From Rhizaria sp. SCN 62-66 (taxonomy: Eukaryota), in the NCBI GenBank assembly GCA_001724265.1, contig MEDY01000271.1:1-41897 (forward strand): a stretch of 41,897 nucleotides of DNA, written 5' to 3'. Both the position numbers and the translations under genes were made by a program. The first letter of the stretch is position 1. Each line of letters opens with the position of its first letter. Below the pieces are notes generated by a model, which saw only the letters and a program-made list of their open reading frames with translations, ran no database searches and was not told the DNA's origin. Positions 27,302 through 38,283 of the stretch are shown here, one piece after another.

Positions 27302-30300
27302 ATGTTTTCGTTCTCCTCTAACGCGAACGCCAACAACAACTCTGGTTCACACAACCCTGGCCAGCAGCAGCCTCCGCAGCAGCCTCCGGGCATGAGCACC
27401 CCAGGCAGCCGTTCCCTGGACAGCCCCTACGGCCCGCCGTCGCCGCCCACGGGCGCGGCGCCGGCCTTGCTGCCGGCCTCGACCTCCTCTTCGGCCGGCT
27501 TCGCGGCCCACAGCGGCGGCCACACGGTCGTGCCCCCGCCCCACGACAGCCGTGACCCGCCGGCGTCAGCGTACGGCGGCGGCGACGAGCCCTACGGCGG
27601 CGGCGGCGGCGGCGGCGGCGACCGCGAGCCCCGCGACAGCGTCAACGCGTGCCGCTTTAACGCTACTGCCACGTCGCTTTGCGTGGGCTCCTCGCGCGGC
27701 TACCGGGTGTACGCGCTTGCGCCGTTCCGCCTCGCCTTCGACCTGCCCGCGCCCGACGCGGGCATCGCGGAGATGCTGTACGTGTCCTCGCTCCTCGCGC
27801 TCACCGGCGCGCCAGCCGACGCGGCCGGCGCGCTCGGCGGCGGCGGCGGCGCCGCCGCAGGGTCCGGCGGGACCGCGGGTGGCGCGGGCGGGGCCGGCGG
27901 CGGCGGCAGCGGCAGCGGCGGCGCGGGCGGGTCGACGACGTCCTCGCGCGAGGTCCGCATCTACGACGCGCTGCAGAACAAGGAGCTGTGCCGCCTGCTC
28001 TTCGTCTCTGTGGTGTTGGCCGTGCGCATCACGGGCACGCGCCTCGTCGTGGTGCTGGCGCACAAGATCCACGTGTTCGACATGCGCACGATGCGGCAGC
28101 TGCTCTCGCTCGCCACCGCGCCCAACGAGGCTGGCGCCGTCGCGCTTCACGACCCGCAGGCCGTGCGCATGCAGGACGACTTCCTCGCGCGCGTCTCGGC
28201 CGCCGCCGCCTCCCCCGCGCTCGGCCCTAACGCCACGCCCACCGCCGCGGGTCCTACTGCCGCCGCCTCCGCGCCCTCCGGCGCGACCCCCTCAGCGACT
28301 GCAGCTGCGGCGACGGCTGCGGGCGCGAGCGCGCGGTGGCAGCCGCCTGTGCCGGCGTTGTGCGCGTCCACGGCGCCCGAGGAGCGCCTGCTGCTGGCCT
28401 ACCCCGCGCCGCCCTCCGCGGCCGCCGCCTCCTCCGCCGCGACCGGCGCGGGCCAGGGCCAGTCCGGCGGCGGCGACGGCGACGGCGCGGCTGGTCTGGC
28501 GTCGGCGGCGGTGGGCGACGTGGCGATCGTGGATCTGGGTTCGCTGCAGACGCTCAACACGGTGCGCGTGTCGACGCACCGCGTGCGGCACTTGGCTTTC
28601 GGCGCCGCGGGCCGGCTCCTCGCCGTGGCCTCGGAGCGCGGCACGCTCATCCGCGTCGTGCCGCCGCTCGCGGGGCCTGGCGCCGTCGTCGCCACCTTCC
28701 GCCGCGGCACGTCTGCGGCCGCAATTAACACGCTCGCTTTCTCGCCGTCGGGCGCGTTCCTGGCCGCCACCTCGGTGGGGTCCAAGGCGCTGCACGTCTT
28801 CGCGCTCGCAAACATCAGCGCGATCGGCAGCAACGCCGCGGCCGCCCCTGCTCCGGCGGCGGCGGCGGCGGCTCCTGCACCCGCTCCCGCTGCGGCCGCC
28901 GACGGCGCGGCCGCCGCGGGCAGCGGCAGCGGCAGCGGCGGCATGGGGTCGTATCTCTCGGCGGCCTTCTCCTCGGCCTCGACGTCGGTCTCATCCTTCT
29001 TCTCCTACTCGTCCTCGACGCTTAAGTCCTCGCTGGCGAACCTTTCCGCGTCGGTCGCCTCGGCCATCGACGTCCCCCGTGCGTACGCGCTCACGCACCT
29101 GCGCTCCACGGGCGGGCCCGTCGCCGTCGCCTTCACCGACAACACCGCCGTCGCCGTCGTCACCGCCGACGGACGCCTCTACCGCTACACCATCGCGCCC
29201 GCCGCCGACTGCGCCGGCGCCGCCGCGGGCGCCACGGGCGGCGCCGCTGCTAATGCCGGTGCAGGGGCCGGGGCGACGGGTGGCGTGTTGTTGCCACTGA
29301 GCGAGTATAGCGTGCTCAAGGCGGCCTCGAGCAGAGAGCCTGAGTTCATCGTTTCGCTCCACGCCGCGCCCGCCGCCGCTGTGCCCGGGAACACTGCCCC
29401 TGCGCCTGCCGCCGCCTCTGTCGCCGCTTCTGCTGCCCCCACCTCCGCGCCTGCGGCTGTGCCCGGCAGCGCGAGCAGCGGCGCTCAGAAGCCCTCCTCT
29501 TGGATCTCCGGCTCCAGTGCCATCGCCAGCGCCAGTGCGGCGGGCGGCGCGACGCCCGAGGGCTGGGAGGACGATGGCGCCGACGACGACGTCGCTGAGG
29601 CCCGCAAGGCCGTCTCCCACGCCAGCGCCAGCGCCAACAGCAGCTCTGCGGGCAAAGGCAGCGAGGCCGTGAGCCCCGAGGGCGCCTCGTCGCTGGGCTA
29701 CGGCGTCAGCCAGGGTCACGGCCGCGGCCACAGCGCGGGCGGCTTCGAGGACGACGAGGACGCCGAGTCCGTGGACCTGGTCGTCCCCATCAACATGCCC
29801 GTGCCCACCGCGGCCGAGACCGCCGCGGCGGCCGGCGTCGGCCTCGCCCTGGCCGAGAGCAACAGCAATGGCGCTACGGCCCCCGCGTCGCCGCCCCTGC
29901 GCGCTGTGGCGCCCGGCGCGGTGATCACGGTCGCGCAGTCGCCCGAGCTGGCGCCTGCGCCGGCCCCCGCGGCCGCGCCCGCGCCCGTCGTCCCCGCGCT
30001 CACGGGCCCGGGGCTCGACTCGGACGCTGAGTCCGACGCCGACGCCGACAACACCGCCGCTGCCACTATGCGCAAGGCGAAGGGCAACGCCAACGCCGGC
30101 GACGCCGCTGCGGCGACTGCGGACGACGACGTCGTGGCGGCCGAGGGGCTGGGCGACAGCACCGGCAAGACCGAGTCCGAGGCCGCGGCCGCCGCCTCCG
30201 ACGCCGCGCTCGCCCTCGCCAGCAACGGCAACGTCGCGGTCGCTCCTCTCATTACCTCTGCCGCTGCCAGCGCCAAGAAGGATGTGGACAACGAGGAGCA

Positions 30301-30772
30301 CAAGGGAGCCGTCTCAATCACGACTCCTCCCATCACGTCCACTGCTTCCGCTGCCGCCGCCTCTGCTGGCCTGGCCAAGCCCGCCGCCTCCGAGGCCGAC
30401 GCCAGCATCGGCGCCTCCACCGGCGCCGGTGCCGCGGGCGCTGTGTCGGTTGGCGACGACGCGTCGGGCTCGCCCGTCGTCTCGGAGGTTTCCCCCGCAG
30501 GCTCTGACGCCGCGCCCGCCGGCGAGGCCGTGACCGCGGTCCCCACGCCCGCGCCCGAGGCCGATACTGAGGCCGAGGCTGAGGCTGAGGATGCTGTCAG
30601 CGCTGTTAGCGGCAAGACCGGCAATAGCGCCCACACTGGCTCCAGCTCTGGCCCCTCGGTCAACTCTGGCGCCGAGAGCGCGGCGAGCAAGGACGACGCG
30701 TGGATGACCGCCGGCTCCGACCACAGCGGCAACGGCAAGAACAAGAAGAAGAAGGGCAAGAAGGGACGCTAA
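27302..30772 (+). CDS. ATG18: PROPPIN WD40 phosphoinositide-binding autophagy protein (Atg18/WIPI family) with a long acidic low-complexity tail, 1156 aa
   Basis: FNATATSLCVGSSRGYRVY, IAEMLYVSSLLAL, ELCRLLFVSVVLAVR..RLVVVL..KIHVFDMRTM..L, LLAVASERGTLIRV, and the FRRG lipid-binding motif at 28697-28708 followed by INTLAFS...LHVF. Confidence 0.93.
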   Translation: MFSFSSNANANNNSGSHNPGQQQPPQQPPGMSTPGSRSLDSPYGPPSPPTGAAPALLPASTSSSAGFAAHSGGHTVVPPPHDSRDPPASAYGGGDEPYGGGGGGGGDREPRDSVNACRFNATATSLCVGSSRGYRVYALAPFRLAFDLPAPDAGIAEMLYVSSLLALTGAPADAAGALGGGGGAAAGSGGTAGGAGGAGGGGSGSGGAGGSTTSSREVRIYDALQNKELCRLLFVSVVLAVRITGTRLVVVLAHKIHVFDMRTMRQLLSLATAPNEAGAVALHDPQAVRMQDDFLARVSAAAASPALGPNATPTAAGPTAAASAPSGATPSATAAAATAAGASARWQPPVPALCASTAPEERLLLAYPAPPSAAAASSAATGAGQGQSGGGDGDGAAGLASAAVGDVAIVDLGSLQTLNTVRVSTHRVRHLAFGAAGRLLAVASERGTLIRVVPPLAGPGAVVATFRRGTSAAAINTLAFSPSGAFLAATSVGSKALHVFALANISAIGSNAAAAPAPAAAAAAPAPAPAAAADGAAAAGSGSGSGGMGSYLSAAFSSASTSVSSFFSYSSSTLKSSLANLSASVASAIDVPRAYALTHLRSTGGPVAVAFTDNTAVAVVTADGRLYRYTIAPAADCAGAAAGATGGAAANAGAGAGATGGVLLPLSEYSVLKAASSREPEFIVSLHAAPAAAVPGNTAPAPAAASVAASAAPTSAPAAVPGSASSGAQKPSSWISGSSAIASASAAGGATPEGWEDDGADDDVAEARKAVSHASASANSSSAGKGSEAVSPEGASSLGYGVSQGHGRGHSAGGFEDDEDAESVDLVVPINMPVPTAAETAAAAGVGLALAESNSNGATAPASPPLRAVAPGAVITVAQSPELAPAPAPAAAPAPVVPALTGPGLDSDAESDADADNTAAATMRKAKGNANAGDAAAATADDDVVAAEGLGDSTGKTESEAAAAASDAALALASNGNVAVAPLITSAAASAKKDVDNEEHKGAVSITTPPITSTASAAAASAGLAKPAASEADASIGASTGAGAAGAVSVGDDASGSPVVSEVSPAGSDAAPAGEAVTAVPTPAPEADTEAEAEAEDAVSAVSGKTGNSAHTGSSSGPSVNSGAESAASKDDAWMTAGSDHSGNGKNKKKKGKKGR

Positions 30773-32011
30773 AGTGGCGATTAGTCAAGTTGGCTGTGCT
30801 GTTTTCTGTTGATCTCGCCTTGTCACTTCATCGAGTGTCATTGTCTTGCCCACGCGTTGATCTTGCTCTGGTTCGATGAGCTGAGTTTCTGTTCACAAAA
30901 GTAACATGTTTGTTTCTTCCTGTACCTGTTTAGTTTGTCATTAGTCACCAGTCGTAGTCGTAGATAGGGTATTTTCTTTTGGATTTCAAGTATGAGGACA
31001 AAAACCAACTTCGAACAACTCACAAAGACCCCAAAAGACACAGCACGCGTTGACAAAACACGCGTTCCTTTCCTTCTTTCACAGCATGAGCAACAAAGCC
31101 TTTTACTTTCGTGTCACTGAACTTGTCGCACGAGCATCATGATCATCTTGTTCTATGTTTTCTTTTCAACAACTAAAAACAAACAACAACCCCCACAACA
31201 GCAAACAAAAAATATGTTTTACAAAACAAAAACCAACCTCGGGACTGTCACCATTGACAACCGCGGGGAACACTTGTACACAATAATAGCAACAACAACT
31301 GCAACTGCAATTGCAATTACGCCTTGATTCTCGTCGCTCTGCTTGTGAGCAGAGTCTGGAGGACTAGCGGCGTCTGTGTCAGAATATTGCACATGGCATC
31401 ACACGTCAAATCGCAAGAGCGCTTTCGATGTGCGATATCTTAAAAGAACTCCTAAGTAGTCACAAACTTACCTTCAATAGCCTAATATTAAAACTCCATC
31501 TAAACTTCCTCGTACGCAATCGTACGCAACATCCGAAATACACGAACAACTTAAAATTGTCATATTCGACGCAGACGTAGGTAAGATCTGTTATATGAAA
31601 GAAGTTTGTATGATGTTGACGCGTGTGCAAAAGGGTGGTTCATTATAGTCCTCATCACATCACACGCAACAATAAACATAAACAGCGACGTCGCTAACAC
31701 TCACTGAGATTGACTCGCTCGTGCGAAACCCTCGATGTAAACAATGAACAGAACAGGACAAGCAAAACATGGGCAGAAACTGGGATACAATCGTCAGTAT
31801 TGTCTTGAAATACACAGGTACAAAAAGTACATGTCGAATACAAGAAAAATTCAAACATGGTAAAATACAAATAGTTGTTTACAGCAGCCGATTTCAACAC
31901 GGTGCATGTGAGTGAACACAATGTGACAACGAGTAGCAGGGGCTTAACAGCAGCTACACGGCACGTGCATCCACAACAGGCATTTCCAAGAATCTAAGTA
32001 TGCGTGCTCCT

Positions 32012-33994
32012 TTACATATTGGCGAAGTTCAGGAAGGGGTCGTCGAACGCCCCCGCCTGCTGCTGCTGCTGCTGTTGCTGTGGCTGAGGCTGCGACCGCG
32101 GCTTAAACTGCTGTTGCTGTGATGGCGCGCCGCCGAACGACGTGTCGGCAAGCAGCGACGCGAGGTCGATCAACCCCGGGTCGCCGCCGCCGCTCTGGTC
32201 GCCGCCGCCCCCCGGGGCGGGCGCGGCCGCGGGCGCGAGCGCGGGCGACGGCGCCAGAGACGCGCGCGAGGGCCGACGGACGCCGCCGGACGCGGGGGGC
32301 GCGGCCAGCACGCCCACGGTCACCGCCACGGTCGTCGCGGGCACCGGGACCGCGCCCGCGCCGAGGCTCGAGCTCGACGCAGACGCGGACGCGAAGGAAG
32401 AGGGGGCAGAAGCGGGTGGGGCGGCACTGGAGCCGCTGGCGCCGGCGAAGGCGAGCATCGCGAACGGGTCGCCGTCGTCCTGCTTCGGCTTGGCGGGGCT
32501 CGCGGCCGCCTGCACCGGCTGCGGCGCCGCGGCGTAGGCCGGCGCGGGCGCAGTGTCGTGCAGAGGCGCGCGGATGCGGAAGTCGTTGACCTGCGTATGT
32601 GTGCGTGTACGTGGGTGTGCGAGAAACGCAACAAGGTAAATAGTGGATATTGGTGAGACTTTAAACACAAAAGCAGGGAATAGTGACAGAGAAAAACCTC
32701 CGCCGGCGTGATCAAAATATCATTGATATAGTGAGTGTCCTTGACGCACCTGTCCGTTCTGCCGCGCGCGGAGGTCCTGCTCGGCGAGGCCGCGGTAGTT
32801 GCGGACGACGCTGCCGCTGGCGTCGCGCTCGACGTCGCCCAGCGCGGCCGGGACGATGCCGCCCTGCGATGTGCGCCGCGAATGCGACTGCGGCAGCGGC
32901 TGCTGCTGCGGGGACGACACCGCAGAGCCCGCGGCGGAGCCGGGCGCGGAGCCCGAGGGTGCGAAGCCCGAGGGTGGGGGCGCTAGGGCTGGCACGGTCA
33001 CGACTGTGACGGGCAGCATCGCCGGGATCGTCGCCGTCAGCCCAGTCTGGAACAGCGGCGCCGTGGGCCGGTCCGCGCTAGCGGCGGCCGCGATGGCCGT
33101 GGCGGCGTCCTGGCGCGGCGGCGCGACGAGGTGGCCGCGCGAGTTGACGGCGGCCGTGCCCTTGATGACGGCGTCGTAGTACTCGTCCGCCGCGCGCAGG
33201 CCCTCGTTCGCCGCGGGCAGCTCCGCAAACTGCACGTCTGTGGCGCCCGGCGAGCCCAGAACGCGCTCGATCTCCTTGATCTTGATGCGGACTGCGCGCA
33301 CTACGGGCATCGCGATGTCGGACTTGGCCAGCTCGTCGGCGCTGGCGCAGGCGTTGATCACGTCCACGAGCATCGTCGCCGACTCGGCCGCCGCGCGCGC
33401 CAGCGGGTCCGTCAGCGCCGTCGCGAGCGGGATCGGCAGCTTGGTGCGCACGACCGAGAGCGACTCGGGCGGCGCGAGGTCAATTGGCGGCCGCCGGTCG
33501 TCCTCGGTCATGGCAGGGAACGTGGCGCCAGACAGCGACAGCGAGCGGTTCGCCTCGCGGAAGGCGGCCAGCTGCGGGTCGTTGTGGAACACATGCGCCC
33601 AGCGCTGGATGGCGCCCAGGAGGTCATCGCAGAAGGCGATGCACTCGACGTCGGTGACGGGGCCGCCGCCGAAGAGGTGCCGCTTGTGGGGCTCGCGGAT
33701 CGACTTGGGCAGCGCGGCCGTCAGCGCGGACATGAACTCCTCCGTGGCGACCATGGGGCGCGAGCGCGGGCAGGACTCGACGACGGCCTTGAGCAGGCGC
33801 ACGGCGTTGATGCCGACGCGCGGGGACGCCTTGAAGCGCGGCTTGAGCGCCTTGAGCAGGGCGTGAGTGAGCTGGGGCTGCTTCTTGACCACGTCGACGA
33901 TTTCGAACACGGTCGTCCAGTCGGGTTCACGCAGAAGGTCGTGCGTGGCCATGCCGACGCGGCCTTTAATCCACTCCTCGGTTTGCCTAATCAT
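32012..33994 (-). CDS. VHS-GAT domain TOM1-like endosomal/clathrin adaptor, 607 aa; complement(join(32012..32590,32750..33994))
   Basis: N-terminal VHS pattern ATHDLLREPDWTTVFEIVDVVKKQP...ALKPRF...AVRLLKAVVESC...IQRWAHVF. GAT-like helices ESATMLVDVINAC...ELPAANEGLRAADEYYDAV. Tail carries DPF twice and LIDL. ATG at 33994. Confidence 0.88.
32591..32749 (-). other. Spliceosomal intron, 159 nt, phase 0
   Basis: CAG|GTGCGT donor and ACGCAG|GTC acceptor. An AT-rich insert containing an in-frame TGA joins two same-frame GC-rich ORFs. Confidence 0.9.
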
Positions 33995-34689
33995 GAACAA
34001 AAAGTAAAAGGAGCAAGGAGAGATTCGCGAGAAAAGAAGGGGCGCGTGCAGATTGTGGTGAGAAAGGAGTGTGGCTAGGGAGATCGTGGGAAATATCGGA
34101 GATAGTTGACATGTTGTAAGGTGCAGTGGACGTACATTGTAGCGGCTAAAGTGGTTTTAGAACTAAAACGGCCTACTGGAAGGAAAGAATAGAACAAAAC
34201 GTGAGGAAAAGTGAGCGGAGATTCTCAGCCACAAGTGACGTGGCGTGCGATCAACCAGCAATGCATATTAACACCAAGGATATCAAGCACACTGTATCGT
34301 CATTCGCAAGTGTCATTTTATATCATTGGCTTTGTGGTTATGATCTCTATATCTACATTAATTAAAACTCAAAAATGTGCACATAGACGTCAATCTAGCT
34401 TTAGCTCTGATCATCGCCATGTCAAGGCAGGCACACAGTCTCCTCGCTAAACCTCCGGTTAGCGTCCCCACACAACGTCGTCTTTGATACGTGCTCTGTG
34501 ACGCAACTATTCTCACCAACAAGCTAATTTTATTGTCCTGGTGTCTCTCATTATCACCCTAGCGCCTCCATCCAGCTCAGTCTCGGCTGAGAGCACTTCG
34601 CAATAGTCCAAAGCGTCTATCGATCGTTCCTCTGACTTTGCCCTTCGCTCGGCCTCGTCGCTTTTGACGCTGCCCCGCTCGATTGCCAT
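33995..34689. promoter_or_regulatory. Divergent intergenic region between the TOM1-like gene and ALG1
   Basis: Head-to-head genes, AT-rich core, TGACGTGG at 34236-34243. Confidence 0.45.
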
Positions 34690-36157
34690 ATGCTGTCCCC
34701 CACTGTTTTGGTTCTGGTTGCCGGCGCCGCCGCGCTGCTGCTGCTGCGCTTCATCTACTGCGGCCGCGTCTCGCGCCCGCGCCGCGTCACAGTGCTCGTG
34801 CTCGGCGACATCGGCCGCTCGCCGCGCATGCAGTACCACGCGCAGTCTCTCTCTCGCGCGGGCTTCCACGTCGACCTGGTCGGGCTTGCCGGCGCGGCGC
34901 CGCACCCTGACACGCTGAACGATCCGCGCATCACACTGCACGCGCTGGCGCCGTTCGCGCCCGAGGCGGTCCCGGGTCTCCGCGCGCTCGCCGCCTCGCG
35001 CGCCCTGCCCGCGCGCGCGCTGCTGCTCGCCGCCAAGGCCGCCGCGCAGTTTGCGCTGCTCTTCTACACGCTGCTGCTGGGCGTGCCGCGGCCGCGCCTG
35101 GTGCTTGTGCAGTCGCCGCCCGCCATCCCCGTCGTGCTCGTCGCGCGCCTCACTTCCTGGCTCGTCGGCGCGCGCCTCGTCATCGACTGGCACAACTTGG
35201 GCTACTCGATCCTCGCGTTGGGCCCGCTCGGCCGCCGCGCGCCCGCGCTGGTGGCGCTGGCGCGGCGCGTGGAGCTCCTAGGTGGCCGCCTCGCCGACGG
35301 GCACCTCGCCGTCACCGCCGCCCTGGCGGGCTTCCTCGTCGAACAGCGTGTCGTGGATAAGCTAAGCCGCGTCGCCGTGGTCCACGACCAGCCCGCGCGC
35401 GTGTTCACGGAGCTGGCCCCCGCCGCGGGCGCCGTGCAGCGGAAGCACGAGCTATTCCTGGCGCTCGAGCGCGAGAACACGCTCGAGGGGCTCGACCGCG
35501 ACTGGTACAATGCGCTCGTCCCCTCCGCCTCTAGCAGCAGCAGCGCGGACAGCAAGAGCGCGGGCAACGCGGGTGACGGCGAGTATGACGAGGTGACGAT
35601 GGTGTCGCGCCGGCACGCGCGCACGGGCGCGGTGACGCTGCGGCCGGACCGCCCCGCCGTGGTCGTCAGCGGCACCTCGTGGACCGAGGACGAGGACTTC
35701 GACATTCTGCTCAACGCCGCCGTCGCGCTCGACGCCGCCATCGCCGCGTCGCGCTCTGGCAACAGTGACAGCAGCAATGACAACAGCGGCGCGGCGCTGC
35801 CGGACGTGCTTATTGTGGTGACCGGCCGCGGCCCGCGCAAGGCGCACTTCGTGGCGGCCTTCGCGGCGGCGCGGCTGCGGCACGTGCGCTTCACGACGGT
35901 GTGGCTTCGCGCCGCCGACTACCCGCGGCTGCTGCGCGCGGCCGACGTGGGCGTGTCGCTGCACTACTCCTCCTCGGGGCTTGACCTGCCGATGAAGGTC
36001 GTTGACATGTTCGGCGTCACGCTGCCCGTCTGCGCCGTCGGCTTCGCGTGCCTGGCCGAGCTCGTGCAGCACGGCCGCAACGGACTCGTGTTTGCCGACG
36101 ATAAGGAGCTCGCCGCGCAGCTGCGCACGCTGCTCACGGGTTTCCCCAGCAACAGCA

Positions 36158-36208
<51 letters not shown>

Positions 36209-36435
36209 ACGCCGAGAGCGAGGGCGGCAACGGCAGCGGCAACGGCAGCGGCAGTAAGAGCGGTGACGCGAGCGGCAGCAGCGCGATTGCGGGTGCGACA
36301 CTCAAGAGCATGCGCGCGGTGCTGCGGCGCCGCGTCGACGAGTGCCAGTGGCAGGCCAACTGGGAAAAGTGCGCCGTGCCGGCCCTCCTCACCGAGGGCG
36401 GCGCGGGTGAGGGCAAGGCTGAGGCCGGCAAGTGA
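34690..36435 (+). CDS. ALG1: Chitobiosyldiphosphodolichol beta-1,4-mannosyltransferase (GT33), 581 aa
   Basis: N-terminal TM segment, VLVLGDIGRSPRMQYHA, LVQSPPAIP, IDWHNLGYSIL, VSGTSWTEDEDFDILL, VTGRGP, ADVGVSLHYSSSGLDLPMKVVDMFG..LPV, ELVQHGRNGLVF and W..NW. Confidence 0.97.
36160..36207 (+). repeat. Perfect (GGCGAC)8 hexamer repeat encoding (Gly-Asp)8 inside ALG1
   Basis: Eight exact copies counted in the sequence. Confidence 0.95.
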
Positions 36436-37384
36436 GCTGTGTCACCCTTAGGTTCAGAATCTTTCGAGGACGTGTAAGATTGCTCAGTGGCTTATCCGAA
36501 TGGACAGATGTCGCCTTATTATTATCATATGTTATAATGTTGTGTCAACTCGGTCGTAATCGAATACAGTGTAATTCATGTGATCATTTACAGGCAGGTA
36601 ACATTATGAAGTGTACGGCTTGCTGAGATAGTTACAGTCAAATATGGTCATATTAGTTCGGATTTGTCGGAAGCAACAAAACTTTGTATTCAAGAGAGCT
36701 ACATAACTGCTATGAAAAGCAAAAAGTTTAACGTGCAGGCAACAGATGTGCAACTGCGTTGGCTAAGTGGAAAAGCAAGCGTACGCATGGGATTGCATGA
36801 TAAGCCGGCCCTCGCACGAGACAAGCGTTGTGTCTTTGAACGCAAGAGTCAACTACAAAAATCGAAACTTGGACAAGGCACAATGCGGGTATGAGTCGCG
36901 GCTGTAGCTGCAGGAGCAGCAGTGCGGCGGACTCAATTGATGGCCGTAGAGAGAAAGCCTTGGTCTGTGTAGAGAAGTCGAGTGAAGCCAAAGAGCAACG
37001 AATGAAGTGAGTGATTTGATCGAGAGACAGAAGTAAAAACGATGTTCTTCTGTGGTTAATAAAGAGTTGGTTGATTGAAAAGGGTAATATCTTCTCAGCC
37101 TGCGCGGCCGCATTCCATGTTAGTCTGCAGCGCGATGGAGTTCAAGCCTGGCATAAAGAAAGTTTTGTCTTGGCACAGGGAACGACACCTACGAATATCG
37201 AGAAAGAATTCGAGGAGTAGTTATAAGCGCCCCCAATGGCACAGCATCTCTCTCGCAAGAGATTGGCTGAAGACCGTTGGTAGTTTTGAGGGGTCGTTTT
37301 GACTAAAAGTGCGGAATACAGGAAGTAGAACGTACGATTTGTTTGCTCAATGAGCCGAATACAACAACATCAGCGACAAATGGT

Positions 37385-37741
37385 TCACCGCGTGTGGGCG
37401 TTCCAAATGGAGCCCCGGACACCCTCCATGAGGGCGGCAAGAGGCTCGGAGCGGTGGTTGTAGATGGCAAAGTCGTCGTGATGCAGCGAAGAAGCCATCG
37501 ATTTGGTGGCATAATCGTCGGCGCCGCGAATCGGCTTGAACGAACCCAAAGCATGGGTGGCGCAATAGGTAGAAATCACCAGTGCGCCGATAATCTGAGC
37601 GACGAGAAGAGTCGGAAGCTTCATGGAAGACTCCAGGCCCGTCTGCGCAGAAGATGCGAGGTGACTGATGGCCTGGGGAATCGCCAGGAGCAGCATAACT
37701 GCCCCCAGCACAAGTCCCATTTTAGCATAAAGTGTTTTCAT
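37385..37741 (-). CDS. Possible small membrane/secreted protein (118 aa), or the first part of a longer interrupted frame
   Basis: ATG at 37741: MKTLYAKMGLVLGAVMLLLAIPQAIS (signal/TM-like), then a second hydrophobic stretch LPTLLVAQIIGALVISTYCA. Codon usage is unlike the GC-rich neighbours and no homology is recognised. Confidence 0.3.
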   Translation of the reverse strand: MKTLYAKMGLVLGAVMLLLAIPQAISHLASSAQTGLESSMKLPTLLVAQIIGALVISTYCATHALGSFKPIRGADDYATKSMASSLHHDDFAIYNHRSEPLAALMEGVRGSIWNAHTR

Positions 37742-38283
37742 CGTCCACGAAAACGACGAACACAATCCGGTTCCTATTCGCTAGAAGATATCTCTGATCA
37801 AATCAAATCTGTTCCGCCCTCTCGAGAGACACCGACGGCTCGCTCGCAGACTGGCCACCGGATCGCTCGCGGCCAAATTTCTCGAAGCTAGGTCGGACTG
37901 TGAGAGGTCTGCCTAGACAAGTTAAAACGTTAAAAAACGTACTGCGGGAGTGTATTATAGATGCGTATGAGCTTGATAACATGTGCGAATAGCATTTATA
38001 ACAACCAAAACGAGTCGAGAAGATGCCACTGAATACTGATATCGGGTCGAATTCCTCGTATGACCACGTATGCGCGGGTATTGACATGACTTCTTCATTA
38101 AAAAAAGGAAGCTTTTTTGAAAGGACGATTGTCTTGATAACATGCGCGCATTAAGAAGGGTAAAACAAATAAGAAACAAACACAAACCACATATGCATAC
38201 ATAATACAACTAAAATTAAGGTTAAAGTCAGTTCTACGTCGCTTAATAGGAACGTATATTCGTTAGGAAAGCGAAGCGCAAAC

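Noticed and set aside
27552..30759. 582-, 436- and 347-aa ORFs overlapping ATG18
   Set aside because: Same shadow effect; the real frame carries the PROPPIN motifs.
27302..36435. ATG18, TOM1-like and ALG1 as a functional membrane-trafficking cluster
   Set aside because: These are common housekeeping genes in different pathways; adjacency is plausible by chance without synteny data.
36436..36727. Possible SECIS (ATGA...AA...GA) downstream of the TGA-interrupted frame
   Set aside because: ATGA occurs, but I could not build the required helix and spacing by eye.
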